A stretch of 64,000 bases of DNA from Bilabrum cf. latius (lineage: Eukaryota), in the NCBI GenBank assembly GCA_965178125.1, contig OZ237738.1, positions 806,001-870,000 on the forward strand, read 5' to 3'. The position numbers were made by a program, and so were the translations under genes. Shown piece after piece: positions 10,920 to 25,900 of this stretch. Positions within the stretch are counted from its first letter, which is position 1; each line of letters begins with the position of its first letter. The notes below the pieces were generated by a model, which was not told the DNA's origin, made no database searches, and saw only the letters and a list, made by a program, of their open reading frames with translations.

Positions 10920-13900
10920 TTAGCAAATGCTGCAGCACCCGCCACAGCACTTCTCAGGCCGCCTGGCTCGAATCTGCTCCCAGATGAGCTATGGGTCCTT
11001 GAGGTACGGCAATGCGTTCGGAGCCTCGCGACCAGTGCCTGGCGGCCCGATCAAACCCTCTTCCTTCGTCTGGTTGGCTGCGTATTGCGAAGGCACTATC
11101 TCGACTGAGAGCAGCACCTCGATTGGATGGCCCTCGGTTGGCGCACCACCGTGGCGCTGCCTAGCGTGCACACCGAGCTTGCGTGCAGCCGCCAGCTTGG
11201 ACTTCCCGTCTGCCGTAGCCTTGCCAAGATCTTCGGGTTTCTTGTAAACGGCAAGACCATTGCCTTCTTGCACGGCTTCCTCCTTAGCACCAGCGACGGC
11301 TGATTCCGCGCCCTGGTTGCTCCGAGTAGCCGCAGCCTTTGAGACGTTTCCAGCTGAAGCAGATGCAGCAGCCTTGGCTTCTTCGATATTCTTCCTCTCT
11401 TCATCCTCCTTCATTGCCAACTCTTCATCGCCTTCAAAGTCCTCTTCGTTCAGGTGCGCCAACGGCTTCCTCGTCGTGCGGAGCGGAAGCCAAGCCATCG
11501 GCCACTAAGACTCCTGGACACCGTAGTGGCCTCTCTCGGGCACAACCCTCGTCCTCTACATGGGGCGCAGGCTAGCACGCTTCACCAGATCAGATATATC
11601 CAGCATGCCAGCGCCGAGAGGCCGCCAGCGTCGCGCCCAGCACTCGTTGCGAGAATCAGTGCCGGCCGCCGTCATCTTGCGCCTGAACTCGGCCTCGACC
11701 TCCTTGTAGCTTGTAGCTCGGTCGTTCGCAGCTTCGTTCTCGGGCAAAGACTCGCACACCTCCATCATCAGAGGGCCAGGTAGCTCCAAGCGACCCCAGC
11801 GCGCGTACTGCATCGGCATCCGCATTCTCCAATTGAAGAAACCGTGGTACGGCTGAGGAGCGCCCGGCACCTGGTACGCCCCAATGGCATCCAAGAAACG
11901 CTGCTGTTTCTCCCTCCTTTCTCTTCTCCGACGCTGCGCCGGGGTTTCATTATCTGGAATTTCCGGTCCACCTTTCTTCTTCGCCGTTACCGCCTTCGTG
12001 CCGGGCGGAGCGGTGCGTTGGAGGTAATCCTGCCTCCTCTTCTCCGCCTCTCTCTTGGCCCACTCGAGCTCAGCGTCAAAATCGTCCAGGCCCAGCTCGT
12101 CCTCGCTCGGTCTGGTCGCTGTGCCCGCTGCATCGTTCTTCGCGTGCCTGCCCTTTGCAATATCTATCGCATGGAAGAGGTCCCTAGCCTCCCAAGCTGG
12201 GAGGTTCACCGCCGTGCACGACCGCTGCTCGCCAGGGTACCGCACTCTCTCGGCTCCGTCCTGCATGCGGGTGAGACGAGATGCCCTCTCGTAGTCGATC
12301 CCGCGCTTGTGCAGCCAGGTGCGAAAGAAGTACGGGACGGGTCCCTCACGGTCAGGCACCAGCTCTGGGAGGTACCGCACCCTCCACACAACCACTCTGA
12401 TCTCCATTTCCATGGGAGGAGGCGGCCGAACCATGAGGGGTGGGAACTTCTTCGCCATCTCTTGCTGGAGGATATCAACCCAGCATTGCACGCTGCCAAC
12501 CTCGTGGCCGTTTGCATTGCGGAGCGTTCGGGTCTCCAGCGGCATCACACGCATCCTAGTGTCGTGCGCGTACTTCTACCCCAGGCTGTGCCAGGCAGGG
12601 TGCAACCAGCGCTGCTCAAGATCCACCATGAAGCCGCCAAGAAGCTGCTGCCGCACCGTCCTCCGCTTCTTGTCAGCTGCAGCAACGTCCCCAACAGTCA
12701 AGTCAGTGGCCTTCTCGACGATCGCGCTCGCAATCTGGCTTCCTACCGGAAGCATCTTAGCGGCTTGGCCGGTGGCCTGCAGCGCGCTGGACGCGGCATG
12801 CTTGTTGGCAGCCTTCTTCTGCTCCTCTGCCGCGTTCTCCTGCTCACTCGCAGCGATTTCTTCCAACTCTTCGTCGGAATCCAGCACGACGTCTTCCTCC
12901 ACAAGAATCTCTTCTTCCTCGTCATCGTCTTCCGATGATTCAGAGTCGCTTCCGTCCAAGTCTTCATCGGCAGTGGCGAGTTCCATCTCCCGCTGTGTCC
13001 GAATTACTTCCATTGCGGACTTGATCACTTCGCGTCGCTTCTTTTTGAGCGCAGCCGTGCGCTTCTTCTTCAGCCGCCTCTCCTTTCTGTCAGAGGCGCG
13101 AAGCCTTCGAGTAGTCTCAAAGCCAGGCGCGAACGCGGAGTACGGCTTGTCCACGTTGTCTCGAGCCTCTTTCTCTCGACGGGCAATCCGAACCTGCGCG
13201 GGGGAGTACCCATCTTCACCCCTAGACCATGCCTCGACTGTGAGCACTCCGATGGAGGGCATCGGCACGTCCAGCTCGACGCACTCGAAGACATCGACCT
13301 CAGCGGCGTCCTCGTTCATCCACCCACCAACACCACGCGCCTCCTCGAAGCCATACTGTAGGCCGGGGTCCCCGCTCACGACAAGCGTGGAGCTTCTCGG
13401 CTTGAGCTCCACCGACTTGCCGCCAAGATGGACCCGCCAAACCACGCGCTTAGACGACCGCACAGGCTGCACCGGAGCCATTGGGAAGAGCTCATCGGCG
13501 TATACGTAGTCAAGCGCGCGGACAGGCGGAAGTCCAGGCACCTTAACAACTGGCACGAGCTGACTTGCACCTGTGCCTTCCAGAGCAACGTCATCGTCCC
13601 CATCGCCCAGCTCCTCCGGCAGAGTTCCGCTCACCAGTGACTGCACCATCCTGCCGACCTCGCTGTTTGGGTCCACGTCATTCACTGCCAAGCTGAGCTT
13701 GCGTGCGGTTGAACTCGCAGGGCTGCTAGAGAGGTCCGGCATTTCGAGCCCACCCATGTCACCCAGTGACTACTTCCCACGATAACCACCACTGGCGCCC
13801 CCCATGCGCGAATCCGCGGCGGCCGCCGCACCGCCACCACCAGACATTCCCTTGCCTTTCTCATCTGGCGCGTTTGCGAGAGACTCGCTGGCTTCTTGTA

Positions 13901-16900
13901 CGCTCTAGCCGGGTTGAGGGCGCACCTCGATGCCAAACCTACTGTGGAAGCGCATATTCTTAGTGACAGGCTTCGCAAGCGGCGGACCGCCTTGGTTCCA
14001 CAGCTGCAGCTGCGACTCGAACGCGTCTTCATCCAGTTTCTGCTGCTTGCGGACGCCACCGAGTAGCCCGTTCGCCGCGTGGCCTTGCTCCGACGTCTTG
14101 GAAACGAGCTTAGCCGCATGGTTACGCCGCCATGCCTCCACAAGACGACTATTCTCCGTCTCCCACACCCCGGGGAAGAACAAGTCCCTAGGGAACCTGG
14201 CCACGAGCAGGTAGACTCGAACCTTCACCATTTGAGGCTTGGATGCCAGGCCAAGGATGTGCTCTATGCGGGGTGAAATGGCTTTGTACATCGGGGTGAC
14301 GCTCTGCGGCCTGCCTTCCCCACGAAGAATCGAGTCCATCTCGGCTTGCTTCTACTCCTCAGTCAGGGCGCGCTGGTACCGGATGTTGTCATCAATGAGC
14401 TTCACGAAACCGCGCACTATCCCAGCGCGCTGATACCCCGCCGGCCTTGCGCTTCCGGTGTTCACCACCTCCGCACGACGGAACAGGATGTAGTCACGGA
14501 ACACGGAAGGCGACAGCGGCAGCACGATGCCGAGAGGGAACCGGAGGGCATCTCGATCCTTCATATACGGGGGGTAGTCCTTTCGGTTGGCCTGTGCCTT
14601 CATGGCCCAGTTGTCCCGCACCCTGTCTGACATTTTTGATGCGGCCATCTCCTTCTCCTCTTGCTTTGTCGTGAGCTTCTCGTCTTCCGTCAAAGTCGCC
14701 GCCCCTCCGACAGCATGACCGTCCTCTGCTCCACTCTTGCCGCTTCCCTTGCCGGCATCGGGAGAGTTGGCTGCTTCCTTTCGCTTGCGTTCTTCTTCGT
14801 CAAGCTCTGCCCACGTCCTAGTGCGGAATTTCTCGTTGGTAGCATCAGATGCGTCGGCACCAGCAGCACCCTTCTTGTCCAGACCCAACGCGTGGCGTCG
14901 CTGCGCCACGTTGGGGACAAGTAGGGCATCCATGGCAGAGCCAGATCCGGGGGCGGGCAGCCCATCTGCATTCTATCCTGCAGCCGCGAGGATCCGTAGC
15001 CTTCTCCGCCTCCTCACCCATCTCTGCACCATGCCGGCTGCCACATTAGGCAGGGCTGACATCAGCAGCGACATTGACCGCTTCATCTTCTGGCTCGCTC
15101 TCTTGCGATCCGCCTTGTTCTCCTCGTCTTCGGGGCCAGTCAAACCAGTTGCCCGGGCCAGCATCCGCTTCATATCGGCGTTGCTAGCGCTGGATTGCAC
15201 CTCGGTGCTCTCAAAGACGTCAGCTTCAAGCTCCTTGTCCGAAGGGCCCAAGTCACTCGGCCCAGCGGCCGTACCCAGGCGGTCTGAGTAAGTTGCATTG
15301 GCTTGCTGCACTGCCAGCGCCTTTTTGGCGGCTTGGGCGGCCTTCAAAGCGCTGTACTTTACGTACGGGATCTTGTCCGTGGGAATTGGGATTGAGGCAT
15401 CGGCCAGCGTCTCGACCATATCGCCGCCGAACATGCCGAGCAAACCTCCGCCTTGCTGGCCGCTGCCGGTTGTGAGGGCCAGGTGGAGTCTTGGTGAGAT
15501 GCGTGCCAGCCACGGGTGTGTCTTGACCTTGCGAGGATCCTGCGTGACTGCCATGTCTATCTCCTCCTCCAACTCGGCCATTCTAGCAGCGTTAACGCCT
15601 GCACCAGCACGGGCTGCAGCTGACTTGGAACCTTTGCCGCCGCGCTGCTTCTTCAATCGATTTCGCTCTCGGATCTCCCGGATAAGGGCAGCGCGCGATT
15701 TCGGGGCACCGCTTGCTTCGCCCTTTTCTCGCCTTCGCTTGGCCTTCTTCAACAGCTCAGAATCGTCCAGCGGCAGCCAGCTCTTCATTTCGATCTTTTT
15801 GCAGTAATAATACCGGCCTACGTAGAGATCATCAAGCTTACTGGTCACGCTAGAGGCAGACGCTGCAGCGGGCGAGAAGCCGGCTGCCGCTGCCATGGTG
15901 AGCCTAGGGCCGGGTATGGTCCTGCCGGCCTTGCCACCCGCACCACCACCACCGATGGACTGCGCCGCCTTCTTTGCAGCAGCAGACACTGCCTTCCCCA
16001 GGCGTTGCAGCAGCCCAAGCATTCCTGTAGAGGTTCCATCGTCGTCTGCAGTGGGCATCTTCGCAACCTTCGCAGTATTCGGAACGCCAGGTACGTTTGT
16101 CAGTGCGTACTGCAGCGATGGCGACTTTGCCTTGGTTCCATCCGGATTGACGACATTTCGCGCATGCAACAGCACGATGAGCGCCTTGACTGGTCGCTTC
16201 GATGGGAGAAGCGTGGTTGCGGGCTGGATAGGGATCGGGATGCCCTTCGTAACGAAGAGCTGGCGCCCCTTGCTGTCCACATTCGTCTCGTCCACTTTGA
16301 AGATCCGCGGGATCAGCTGCATGCTCGCAAGCACTTCTGGTCGGGCTGGGAAGCTATTTCCAACGATGCCCATCTGCATGTTGTGCATGATACGGTGCGC
16401 GGCCTTTCTAAGCTGCCTCAGGCGTTGCAGCCGTCCTGCAACGAGCGGATCGTCAATCTGACTTTCGCCTCGCTGGATGCGCTCCTCTTCCCTCCGCACA
16501 AGCTCCGTTGTAAGGCGTTCAAGCTGCGGCTTTCCCTGCTTCACGCTGTCACCTACCTGCTGTCGAGTGGTAGCCACTGCCACAGCACCCATCCCTGTTG
16601 ACTAGGTCTTGGCAATGCGAAGAAGGTGCGAGTTGCGAGAGGCGCGAATGGCCTTGGTAGAGCTGTCTGGAATGTCTCGGTCCGCACGAGCTGCCCTAGG
16701 TACAACCGTACTGGCTCTTTGCACAGTAAGGCCCGGGGCCGGTTCTATCACAGGCAAGTCATCTGGAACAGCCGAGCCTACCGCTTCGGGTCTAATCGGA
16801 GCAGACTCGGAGCGAGCCGGTACTGCCGACTTGGGCAGTTCTTCATCCATCTCATAAGCTTCTCTCCTAGATTCTACGGCTCGTAGCTTGGCTTGTCTCC

Positions 16901-19900
16901 TCTCCCTCTTGCGCTTGGCCCGCAGCCTCTTGCGCTTGGCTTCCAGTGGGCTATCAGTTGGAGTGAGGTCGAAGTTTACCTGCGTATGAGCAGACAGCAA
17001 CTGCTCGGCAAGTCTGTTTCGGCGCCGGATGGCTGCTGCAAGCTCAGCATTGCTTGCCATTGCCGCTTCGTTGGCTTCGTGATCGTTACCATGCAGCACG
17101 GCCAGCTCCAACGGATTGCTCGGCACGCCAGCGAATCCACGACCCCCGTCGCCAAGCCCCAGCAGAGGGTGCTCGTGATGCTCTTCCGAGGCGAACTACT
17201 TACCATCGGTCTTCTGCCCGATCCGTTGCCTGAACCTGGATACCATCATGGCTCTTTGCTTCTAGCGTCGCGCTGCATCGGTTGTGCCGAGCATCTCTTT
17301 GAAACTGGACCGAATGGCCTGCCTGGCTCTGGAAGTAAGCGGCCCAATTTCACCAGCTGCAGCCGCACTCCGGACCGACGCCTGCTCCTCAGGATCACGA
17401 ACGGTCTCAAGCATAGCAGAACTGGAGGGAAGTAGGCCGATCCCATCCCCCACACGCCAGTTACCAGCCTGTTCCGGAACGAATGGAATCCACGCTGGTG
17501 CAGGCATGCTCTTGTTCGGGTCAATCTCTTCGTCAACGCTCCCCTCGAGTCCCCTCTCCTGAATCTCTCGCTTGCTGTCTTCGTAGAGTGTCTGAGAGTC
17601 CACCAGGTATGCGTAGTCGAGGGGAACCCTGCAGGAGCCCAGCCTGTCGTGGGCCGAGAGAAGGTCTTTGTCCCACACCTCTAGCAGGATCTAGGGGGTC
17701 AGAGAGTGGCTCGGCAACTCGGCGTTGATGGCCACGCTCTGGTTGAAAACAGGGTGCAGCTCCCGCATCCGCACTCTAGTCTCAGTGCGAGTCTCCCCAA
17801 AGTTCACGACAATGTACGGGTCTGACGTGCCGCCTTTGTCTGCCGCAGGCAGGTGCCTGGCAGAGAAGATGTTGATGCGGAGCTAGTACGACTCGATGCC
17901 GCCTGGCTTATCTTTCGCGAGCAGGCGGTTGATTTGACTGCTCCAGCCCAGCTGCTGCACTGAAAACTCGTTCGGCACAAGCCTGCCATCAGCTGCCGGG
18001 ATCCGGCGGGGTAACGGAATCCAGTAGTACTTCGGGTCTGTCACATGTATCTCCTTCCACTGCTCGTACTTGGCAGGATCCAAAAGCTCCGGGGGGGGCG
18101 GATCCTCCTTGTCGATGTAGCTCAGCAGCGGATCCTTCTCAGAATCCTTCTTCGCTCTCTTCACGAAGAGCTCGGCGAATCCTTCTGCCATGCTTCGGGT
18201 GACTCTGCCTTCCTCTTCCTCGCTTTCAGCACCAGAAAAACCCTCTGGATCGAGCGGCGCCAATCCCTCCGCAAAGCGCTTCTTCGCGACCATGGCATCA
18301 AGAGCCGGAGGCGCGGACGGATCAATTCGGATCTGCATCGTTGTGCCCGCCCCCCTCGCGGGACTGTCGACCCGATGGACAACTGAGGAGCCCTGGGCTG
18401 ACGACGAGCCTTCAGAATGAATCTTGACATCATCGGGCGAGGCGCTCCCGGCCGACTTGTCTGACCCTCCTAGAGCGGCGGTACTGTCATTCGCATGTGC
18501 TCCTGCATCGCCTTCCTTCCTCTCGTCGGAGTCTCGAGCTCGGCCAATCCCAACAAATGCAACTCGCTTCTTGTCTTTGCCACCGCTCTTGCGCGACTTT
18601 GCCAAGGCAGACTTTGGCGCTGATTGCATGGCAGCGGCTTCCTCTTGCTCCAGTTCGACCGCCCTTCGCTTCCCTGTTGTCTCTGGTACCGCATAAAGAA
18701 CGACCTGCTTGTTCGGCAGCACGACTCTCGTAAGGCGAGTCCCGCCCTGCGCCTCCTGCGCGGCGTCCGACAGACGCACCAGGTGCCGCACCTTGGCGAA
18801 CGCAACCGTCTCGAGATCCTTTCGATTGTCTCTGCTCCTGCGGAATTCGCGAATGTACTTGACCTACTTTCGCCACTAGGTCAGACGATTATGATTCACC
18901 TGAGCCGCAACGCGGTCGGGCGGGATTCTGCCTTCGCCTAGCAGCTTGTGGTTCCAGACCTCCTGTGGAACGACCCGCTTCAGCTTGCCCATGCCGATTA
19001 GCATGAGAATAGAGCCCGCATGGCCTCTCCAGAACTTGCCTCGTTTAAATCCCGAGATTCCAAGCGGATTGGGCACTAGGTGAAACCATGTGGGTTTCGT
19101 TCGCCACTCTTGTCCCAGCAAGGTGGGCGCTGGAATCCGCACGTGGCCCAGCTCCATGCCAGCTCGGGACTCCAAAGCGACGATGACGTCTGGAATCTGA
19201 CTCGGGTTGCTAGGTAGCACCACCCGCTTTCTGCTCAGTTGCGTCTGCCAGTATGCCATGCCGCCGATCACATTCTCGTACTGCGTGTGCATCTCAATCT
19301 AGCCGCAGCTCACCTTGATCCGCAAATTCTCGCGGTCTGGCAATTCTGTACCGCTCACAATCAGGCTGACCAGTGAGTAGCGAGTGAAGTGCTTCGTAAG
19401 TTCCGTAAGCTCCAGCGCTGGCATTATTCGCCTGTAGCTTGGCATGAGCTCAACGCTCGCGACGGCGGCCTCTGCCGATGCGCGTGTCTGAGAGGCGTCC
19501 AGCGTGAACGTGTGCTTGAGGCCCTTGGCCAAGCCCGTAGTCAAGTCCTTGCCTAAGTCAGTAAATCCACTCTGAACGTTCTTCCCTACTCCAGAAACAA
19601 CGTGTGCGCCGGATTCCAGGAGACCAGAGATGCCCGCTGTCTGCCTACGCTTGGCCTGCTGCCTGACGGCCTCGTCCAGCCGCTCCCGTTCTGCTTTCTA
19701 AAAGGCCTCTTCTCGCGCCTTCCTGTTGTCCTCTCTCTGTTGCACAATCCTGGAACAGGCTGATTGCCGGTAAGAATCCACCTGATCCTCCATGTTTAAC
19801 GCGCTCACGTCCGCATGTTGTTCTGCGTCATCAAACTCCTACTCAGGGGCATACACGTCGGCGGGGTCCTCCATCTCAGGACCCTCCACTCGCGCGCTCA

Positions 19901-22900
19901 CTAGCACCATGCCGCGGTACTGCACTGCGACACGAGGGTCCGTCTCCATGGATCGGCTGCGACCGTCCTAAGTAGAAAATAGACCGCTTCTCGCACTGGG
20001 TGAGCCGTACATGGCAATCCAAGCAGGCCCAAGGCCAGTGCCGGCCTCTGGGTCTTTGTGGTGGGTAGCGTGCGCCGCACTGCCAGCAGTTGCTTCAGTA
20101 TTGATACTAGCGGCGTCATCTTGGTCTCGACTCGCTCGATCTCGCTGGGCAACGGACGCCTTCCGAGGCTGCGGACCCTCACCTCTGCTGGGCATTTCAC
20201 CGGCACCGCCTGTGCCACTGGCACCAGAGGCAGCCGAAGCACCGGCAGCTGTCGCCTGGGCCGGGTCACTCTGCTGATCGCTAGCTTCGTCGCCACCGGT
20301 TGCATGAACCGAATCTGCGATTGGATTCGTGCTTCCTGTGGACTGCACGCTCTGCACAATTGCCTTTGGCAGACGTTTGGCCGTCTCCTCCCGAAGGACC
20401 TTCGCAAGCTCGGCACGACGCTCGAGGCGCTGCTTCCGCACGATGCGGTGCTTGCGCTGCCGTACCTGCTCTCTTTGCAGTGCGACAACGTCGTGGATCG
20501 ACAAGTGGCAAAAGCCAATGCACTGGTCGTCTGAGTTCGTCTCATGATCGAAGAGACCGACAGAGATGCGACCGTACGTGCAGGCTCCCTCCTCGCCAAG
20601 ATCTCTGAAATCCCACGGCTGCTGCCCCTGGCGGAACGGCGGCTACCTCAGGTGCTTTGCTACGTCCTCGGCGAGGTCACCCGCCTGGGACCGCGCCCTG
20701 TTCGTGAGCAGCTGCTGCGCTTGCCCGAAAGTTGGCAGCGGAAACCAGACCGGGATGCGGACTTGCTCGTTGAGCTCTGCTTGCAGCGGCGGCTACCCCT
20801 ACACCACGTTCACAGGTGTCTGGTACACCGAGCCGCCACATTTCACTCGGACGTACAGGTCAGTTTTCTGGCCCACCAGCACGGAGCTGTTCATGGCTGG
20901 AATATCGATCACGCGGTGAATGCCCACGACAAGCCAGTGCAGCTTGGGCTGGACCGTGGCAGGCATCAGCACGTTGACCCAGCGGGAGAAGCTGTGATGC
21001 AATGAGGCCTGCGTGACCTTTTCCTGCAAAAGCGCCCTGGCGTGTTGCCGAGCCGCGCGGCGCAGCCCCCGCTTGAGCTCAGCTTCATCGGTTGCCGCAC
21101 CGAGGGCTCCGATCGCGGCACGGGCGTCCAACTCGCCCGCATCACGGTCCAAGAGATCAGCGAACGAGCGAGCTTGAGGCCTGCCACCAAGCATCTGTGA
21201 TCGGAGACTCTCCGCCTCTGCGAGTGCACGCTGGGCTTCTACAGGTGTCTGCACGTCTTCTGCTTTCTTACCCTCGGCCTTGGCCTTCGTTTTCGCCTCT
21301 TCGATCATCTTTTCTGCCTTGTCTCTCAGTTCAGCGGCTCGCTGCGCCATCTCTGTGCTCTCGATGCTCTCGCTAGGCACATCTTCTGGGCCTACCGCGC
21401 GGCTGGGACCAACCTCAGACAGACCCGCAGCCAGCACGTCATGCTCAGACGCGGCGGACACGATGCCGCCGGGAGAGCGCGCTCCTGCAGCTGGGTGCCC
21501 AGACGGAGCGGTTGCTAGTGAGAAGCTATTCGTGGAGGCCTGATGCCTTGTGGCTCCTTGGGTCCCTTGCGCCGCCGTCTCTCCCAAGTCTACCTGGCCA
21601 TTCTAGATCGGACCCTCCACATCGACCTGAATCCGAACAAAGCCGGCGCACCCAGACGGTGCAATCGAGCCGACTCCGCTGCGACGACCACCTTGCGCTC
21701 TGTTGTAGGTCAGGGGGGACGGCATCAGACCCACCCAAACGTGCTCGTGCTCAGCCTTGCCCCCACCCTTGCTCCCAGACTCGCGCAGTGCCATTTCGCG
21801 AAGCAAGAGCCATTCGAACGGCAGTTCAATGAAACCAACGGGTGCACCAAGGCCCGTAAAGTTGTCAGCGTCAACCTCACTCTCATCCTCTTCCTCGTCC
21901 GCGCGCTTGACCATTGCTGCGAGCTTTGCTGCCACCTTTGGGTCGAGCTCGCCTCGCCTGACAGCTTCAGCAGCAAGCTCAGCAGCCCTTCGCTTGGCTT
22001 CGCGGCGCGCCCTGCGCTGTCTGGCCTCGATCTTGGCCATCCCAAGGCGTACTTCCGACGACTCGTCAAAGACCTCAAGGCGGACGGCGCACTTGTGGCG
22101 CATATCAATACTGATGTCCTTCAGCACCATCTTGCGAGAAAAGCCAAGGGGCCAAGAGGTGGGCCGCGCATCTGCTGCTGGCCTGTTGCCGAGGTCTTGA
22201 ATGAACCACAGGCGAGAGGGAAGGAGGGGGATGCTAGCCTGCCTTGCGACACCGGCATCGCTGCCGTAGGTTCGAATCACCGCAGTGCGGCTTCCCTTGC
22301 CTTCGTCCTTGTGATCCTCGTCAGACTCATGGGACTCGCTGTGCTATTCTCTGTCCTCTTTGTCCGCTTTCATCGCGAGGTACTTGTGTTTGCCGTAGCG
22401 CTTAACGAAGCGCTTCACAGCTCGCTGGTACCATGGCATTGGGATAAACTCGGGGCGGCCGCTCGGCCTAACGATAGTCTCATCCTGCGGGGTGACGACG
22501 CGAATCAGGGGCTTCATCAGCCTGCCAGTGGGGGCAGCGTACTTTGCGCGTTCCTCTTCATCGTGATCCTCGTCAATATCAGCTGTAGGGCCGAAAGGAG
22601 TGGAAGGTTCGTCCCCATCATCCATGCTGTGCCTCTCTCGTCGCTCTGTGGCGTGCATCGCTTCATGCACCGCGGCTCTCTGCTCGTGCCCTTCCTGCAC
22701 GTCTCGCACGGGGTCGGGCTCCGGAACTCCATACAGGCCCGGTAGCTCGGGCTCTACCAAGTCCTGGATGCTGAGAATGCGGACGTTTACAACGTACGTG
22801 CCGGCAGCGAGCTTGGTCGTGAGCTCATCCAAGTCCACGTCGGTCCTCGAGCTTCGCTTCATCTAATCCTGCGCGTCACCGGCGGCAGCAGCAGCAGCAG

Positions 22901-25900
22901 CAGCAGCAGCAGCTCCCTTCTCTAGCGTGATTCTCTCGCAGCAGTCGAGCGAGTACTTGGCGATGCCGAACATCGAGGGCAAATTGGCTTGCAGTCGCAC
23001 ACCTGTCTGCATAGTGCCCACGCCATCGCCTTCTACCTCGACTCTCTTGCCCTTGATGAACTGCTTGACCATGCAAGCTTCTCGTGGTCTCCTCGCGATC
23101 GACCACCTCTTCTCCTCGGGCAAGTCAGGGTCCGCCTCGTACCGCCGCTCGTCCTCGTCCTCGACGCCCACGGCGTCGATCGCATCATCGATCGCATCGC
23201 GGCCGCCCTTGCCAAGGTCAGGCCCCCCGATGTCGAGGGAGCCCCTCCTTGGCCCCGACATGGACGCCGACCTTGACACGCGGCGGCGGGGACCAGAGCT
23301 GTTGTCTTCAGCCGCTTCCGAGGCAGCCACAGAGCTGACCTCGGTTTCAGTGTCGTAGTCAGGATTGAGAGCGCCCTTCATGGCCTCCTGCAGCTGCACC
23401 ATCCATGGCTACCCGGCCTGTTCGCTGCCTGACTCGTAGAAGATGCCGTCATTGTCAGACACGGCATCATCTTGCGGAAACACGTCATCCTCGCCAACGA
23501 TAGACAGCGAAAGATTTGTGACCCTGCGCGCGGGACCGCCCCGAAGCTCTTGCTGCAACACGGACTAAGAGCGCTTATCGCGGCGGCGGCGGCGGCTGCG
23601 CCGCTTGGAGTGCCTGCGCTTGCGACGAGAGGACGAGGAGGAGGCACCCCCTCCGCGGATCGCGAGCTGGGACTCGCCAGAGAGGCCGCTCCAATTTCCC
23701 GAAGAATCGGCCCTTGCTTTGGCCGCACCGTCCGAATGATCAGAGTCACTGGCTTCCGCTAGGAGGGCTCGGGCCGCCTTAGACTTGGGGGTAAGCGCTG
23801 CAAATTCTTCGTCCTCATCGATCTCTTCCTGCTCCTCCTCCTCGCTGCCGGAGTCGGAGTCGGAGCTGGCCGTCGCAGCTGCCTCGCCAAGGGTAGCAAT
23901 CCTCCTGCCGAGTACCAGCAGGCCATCGGGCCCGAAACGGCTGAGAGCCCTGGAGGCATACCGCAGGAACAGGCGGCGGTCCTTGCGCTCCTGCGCCGCC
24001 ATCGCGAACGCACACCGGAGGACGAGGGCGAGCCGAGTACCTGACATGAAGCCCGACAGCTCGCCGGAAGGAGACACGCGGCCCAGGGGCGAGTCCACCG
24101 AAGCGTACGGCGACTAAGATTCGCGCCTGCCTCCTCGTTGTCGCTACCGCATCCGCTTGCGAGCGGTAGGATCATCAAGAGCACGCATGAGGTCCGGGAA
24201 GGCCATGCGCAGCTGAGGATCACCGTATCCGACTGTCTTCTGCAGCGCAGGCACGGACGCGTCCGTCCACAGGAGCACGAGGTGGAGCTCAGCATCCTTG
24301 CAGAACCGCGCGGGCTCCCCGTCCTTCCGCACCGGGAAGTTCTAAGGGTCTGTGAGGTCCTTGCCCTTCGTCGGCATGATGAGGTGCTGCCCGGGATCGT
24401 ACGACTCCAGCGTTCCGCCCTTGCTGCTGCCCTCCTTGCCCTCAGATTCTTGTGGCTCTTCACGCGGCAAAGGAAGGGACACGATCACGCGCTGGGGCTC
24501 GTGCGCTTTCAGCATCACCTTGTCCAAGGGAACCTCAGCCTCGTAAGCCACCTTGGACGCTCTGCCCATGCCCCTGCGGATCAAAAAGCCGAGCTTCAAG
24601 TTTGCCAGGAGCTGCAGGGAATTCCCGGCCTCTTCGTCGTCCATCTCGTCGGCCTCTCTGTGCAGGAAGTCTGCCTCTGTCAAGATATCCTCCTCCATCT
24701 GCTCGGCGTCCTTCCGCTCGCCCGCGGCGGCCGTGGCGTCCGCAGCTGCTGCAACCGCGGTCTGCTGCAGCCGCTGAACCTCCTGGGCCAGCTCCTCCTT
24801 GGTGGGCGCTCTCTCTTTCGACTCCGAGTCCCCACCCTCTTTCGACTCCGAGGCCCCCGCACCACCCTCAGATGCCCCTGCAGCAGCTGCAGCCTCCTCA
24901 GCCGCTCTTGCAGCTCTCAGCATGGTGGCGAACTCGCGCGGGACGGCCCCGACGCCCATCTCGCCGTACGGTCCGCGCCGCAGCGCGGCCGCCCGCGCGT
25001 CGATGGCCTTGGCCTTGACCCGCCCTCGGCGGACGATCGCAGTGGATGAGGAGGGGTCATCTGCCCCCGCCCCGCTCGCGGCTCCCCCCTGCTCCTTCTT
25101 CCCCTCCAAGTCCGCCAACTGTTCCTCATCCTCGCCATTCTCGTCATCGTCCAGCGTGATGCCGTCGGCCACGCGGGCCGCTTGTTCCTCGAGGGACTCG
25201 AGCCCGACCGACCGTCGGAACGCGTTCTCGCGGTGCTTCGAACGCGCCGCAATGGACTGCAGGTGGCCCACGCGGGTCGTCCGAACCGAGTGCTCCCAGC
25301 TTCCCACCCGGCTGGGGTTCGGAGGGCACGAAAACACGGCTGCTCGCTCGAACAGCACTCGGTGCCGTGCGTCATTCTCCATGTCGCTCGCTGCGGCTGC
25401 GGCTGCGGCTCCTCCTGCCGCTGCCGATGCGCCCGCGAGGGCAGCATCCGCACCAGCATCTGGGGATTCTCCTGCTTCTGTTCCCTTGCCGTTGCCAGGC
25501 CCCTGCTCTGCGGCGGGGGAGCGGAGGGGCCGGCGCTCCGGCCTGATGTTGTTTGTGCCGCACCTCTCTTTCTGCATCCCCATGAGGATCTTCATGGTGA
25601 CGCACTTGGACGTGCCGCTGTCATCCACGGGCTCCGGCAGGCGCGCGTCCACGATGCGACGGACATACACGACCAGGTTCCTTGGGGGCTGCGGGAGCTT
25701 GTGCGACCGCACAATCTGCTGGATGGCGGCTTTCTCAGTGGCTGCCGGGCTGTTCTTGTCCAGCTATTCGTCTTCATCGGAATCTGCCGGGCTGGGTCCA
25801 CGCGTGGATTTTCGCTGCGCGGCTTTCGAAGCGGCGGCGATTCGCTCTGCCTCTGCCAGCTTTCGCGCGTGCTCCAGCACGAAAATGTTGGCGAGCTCTC

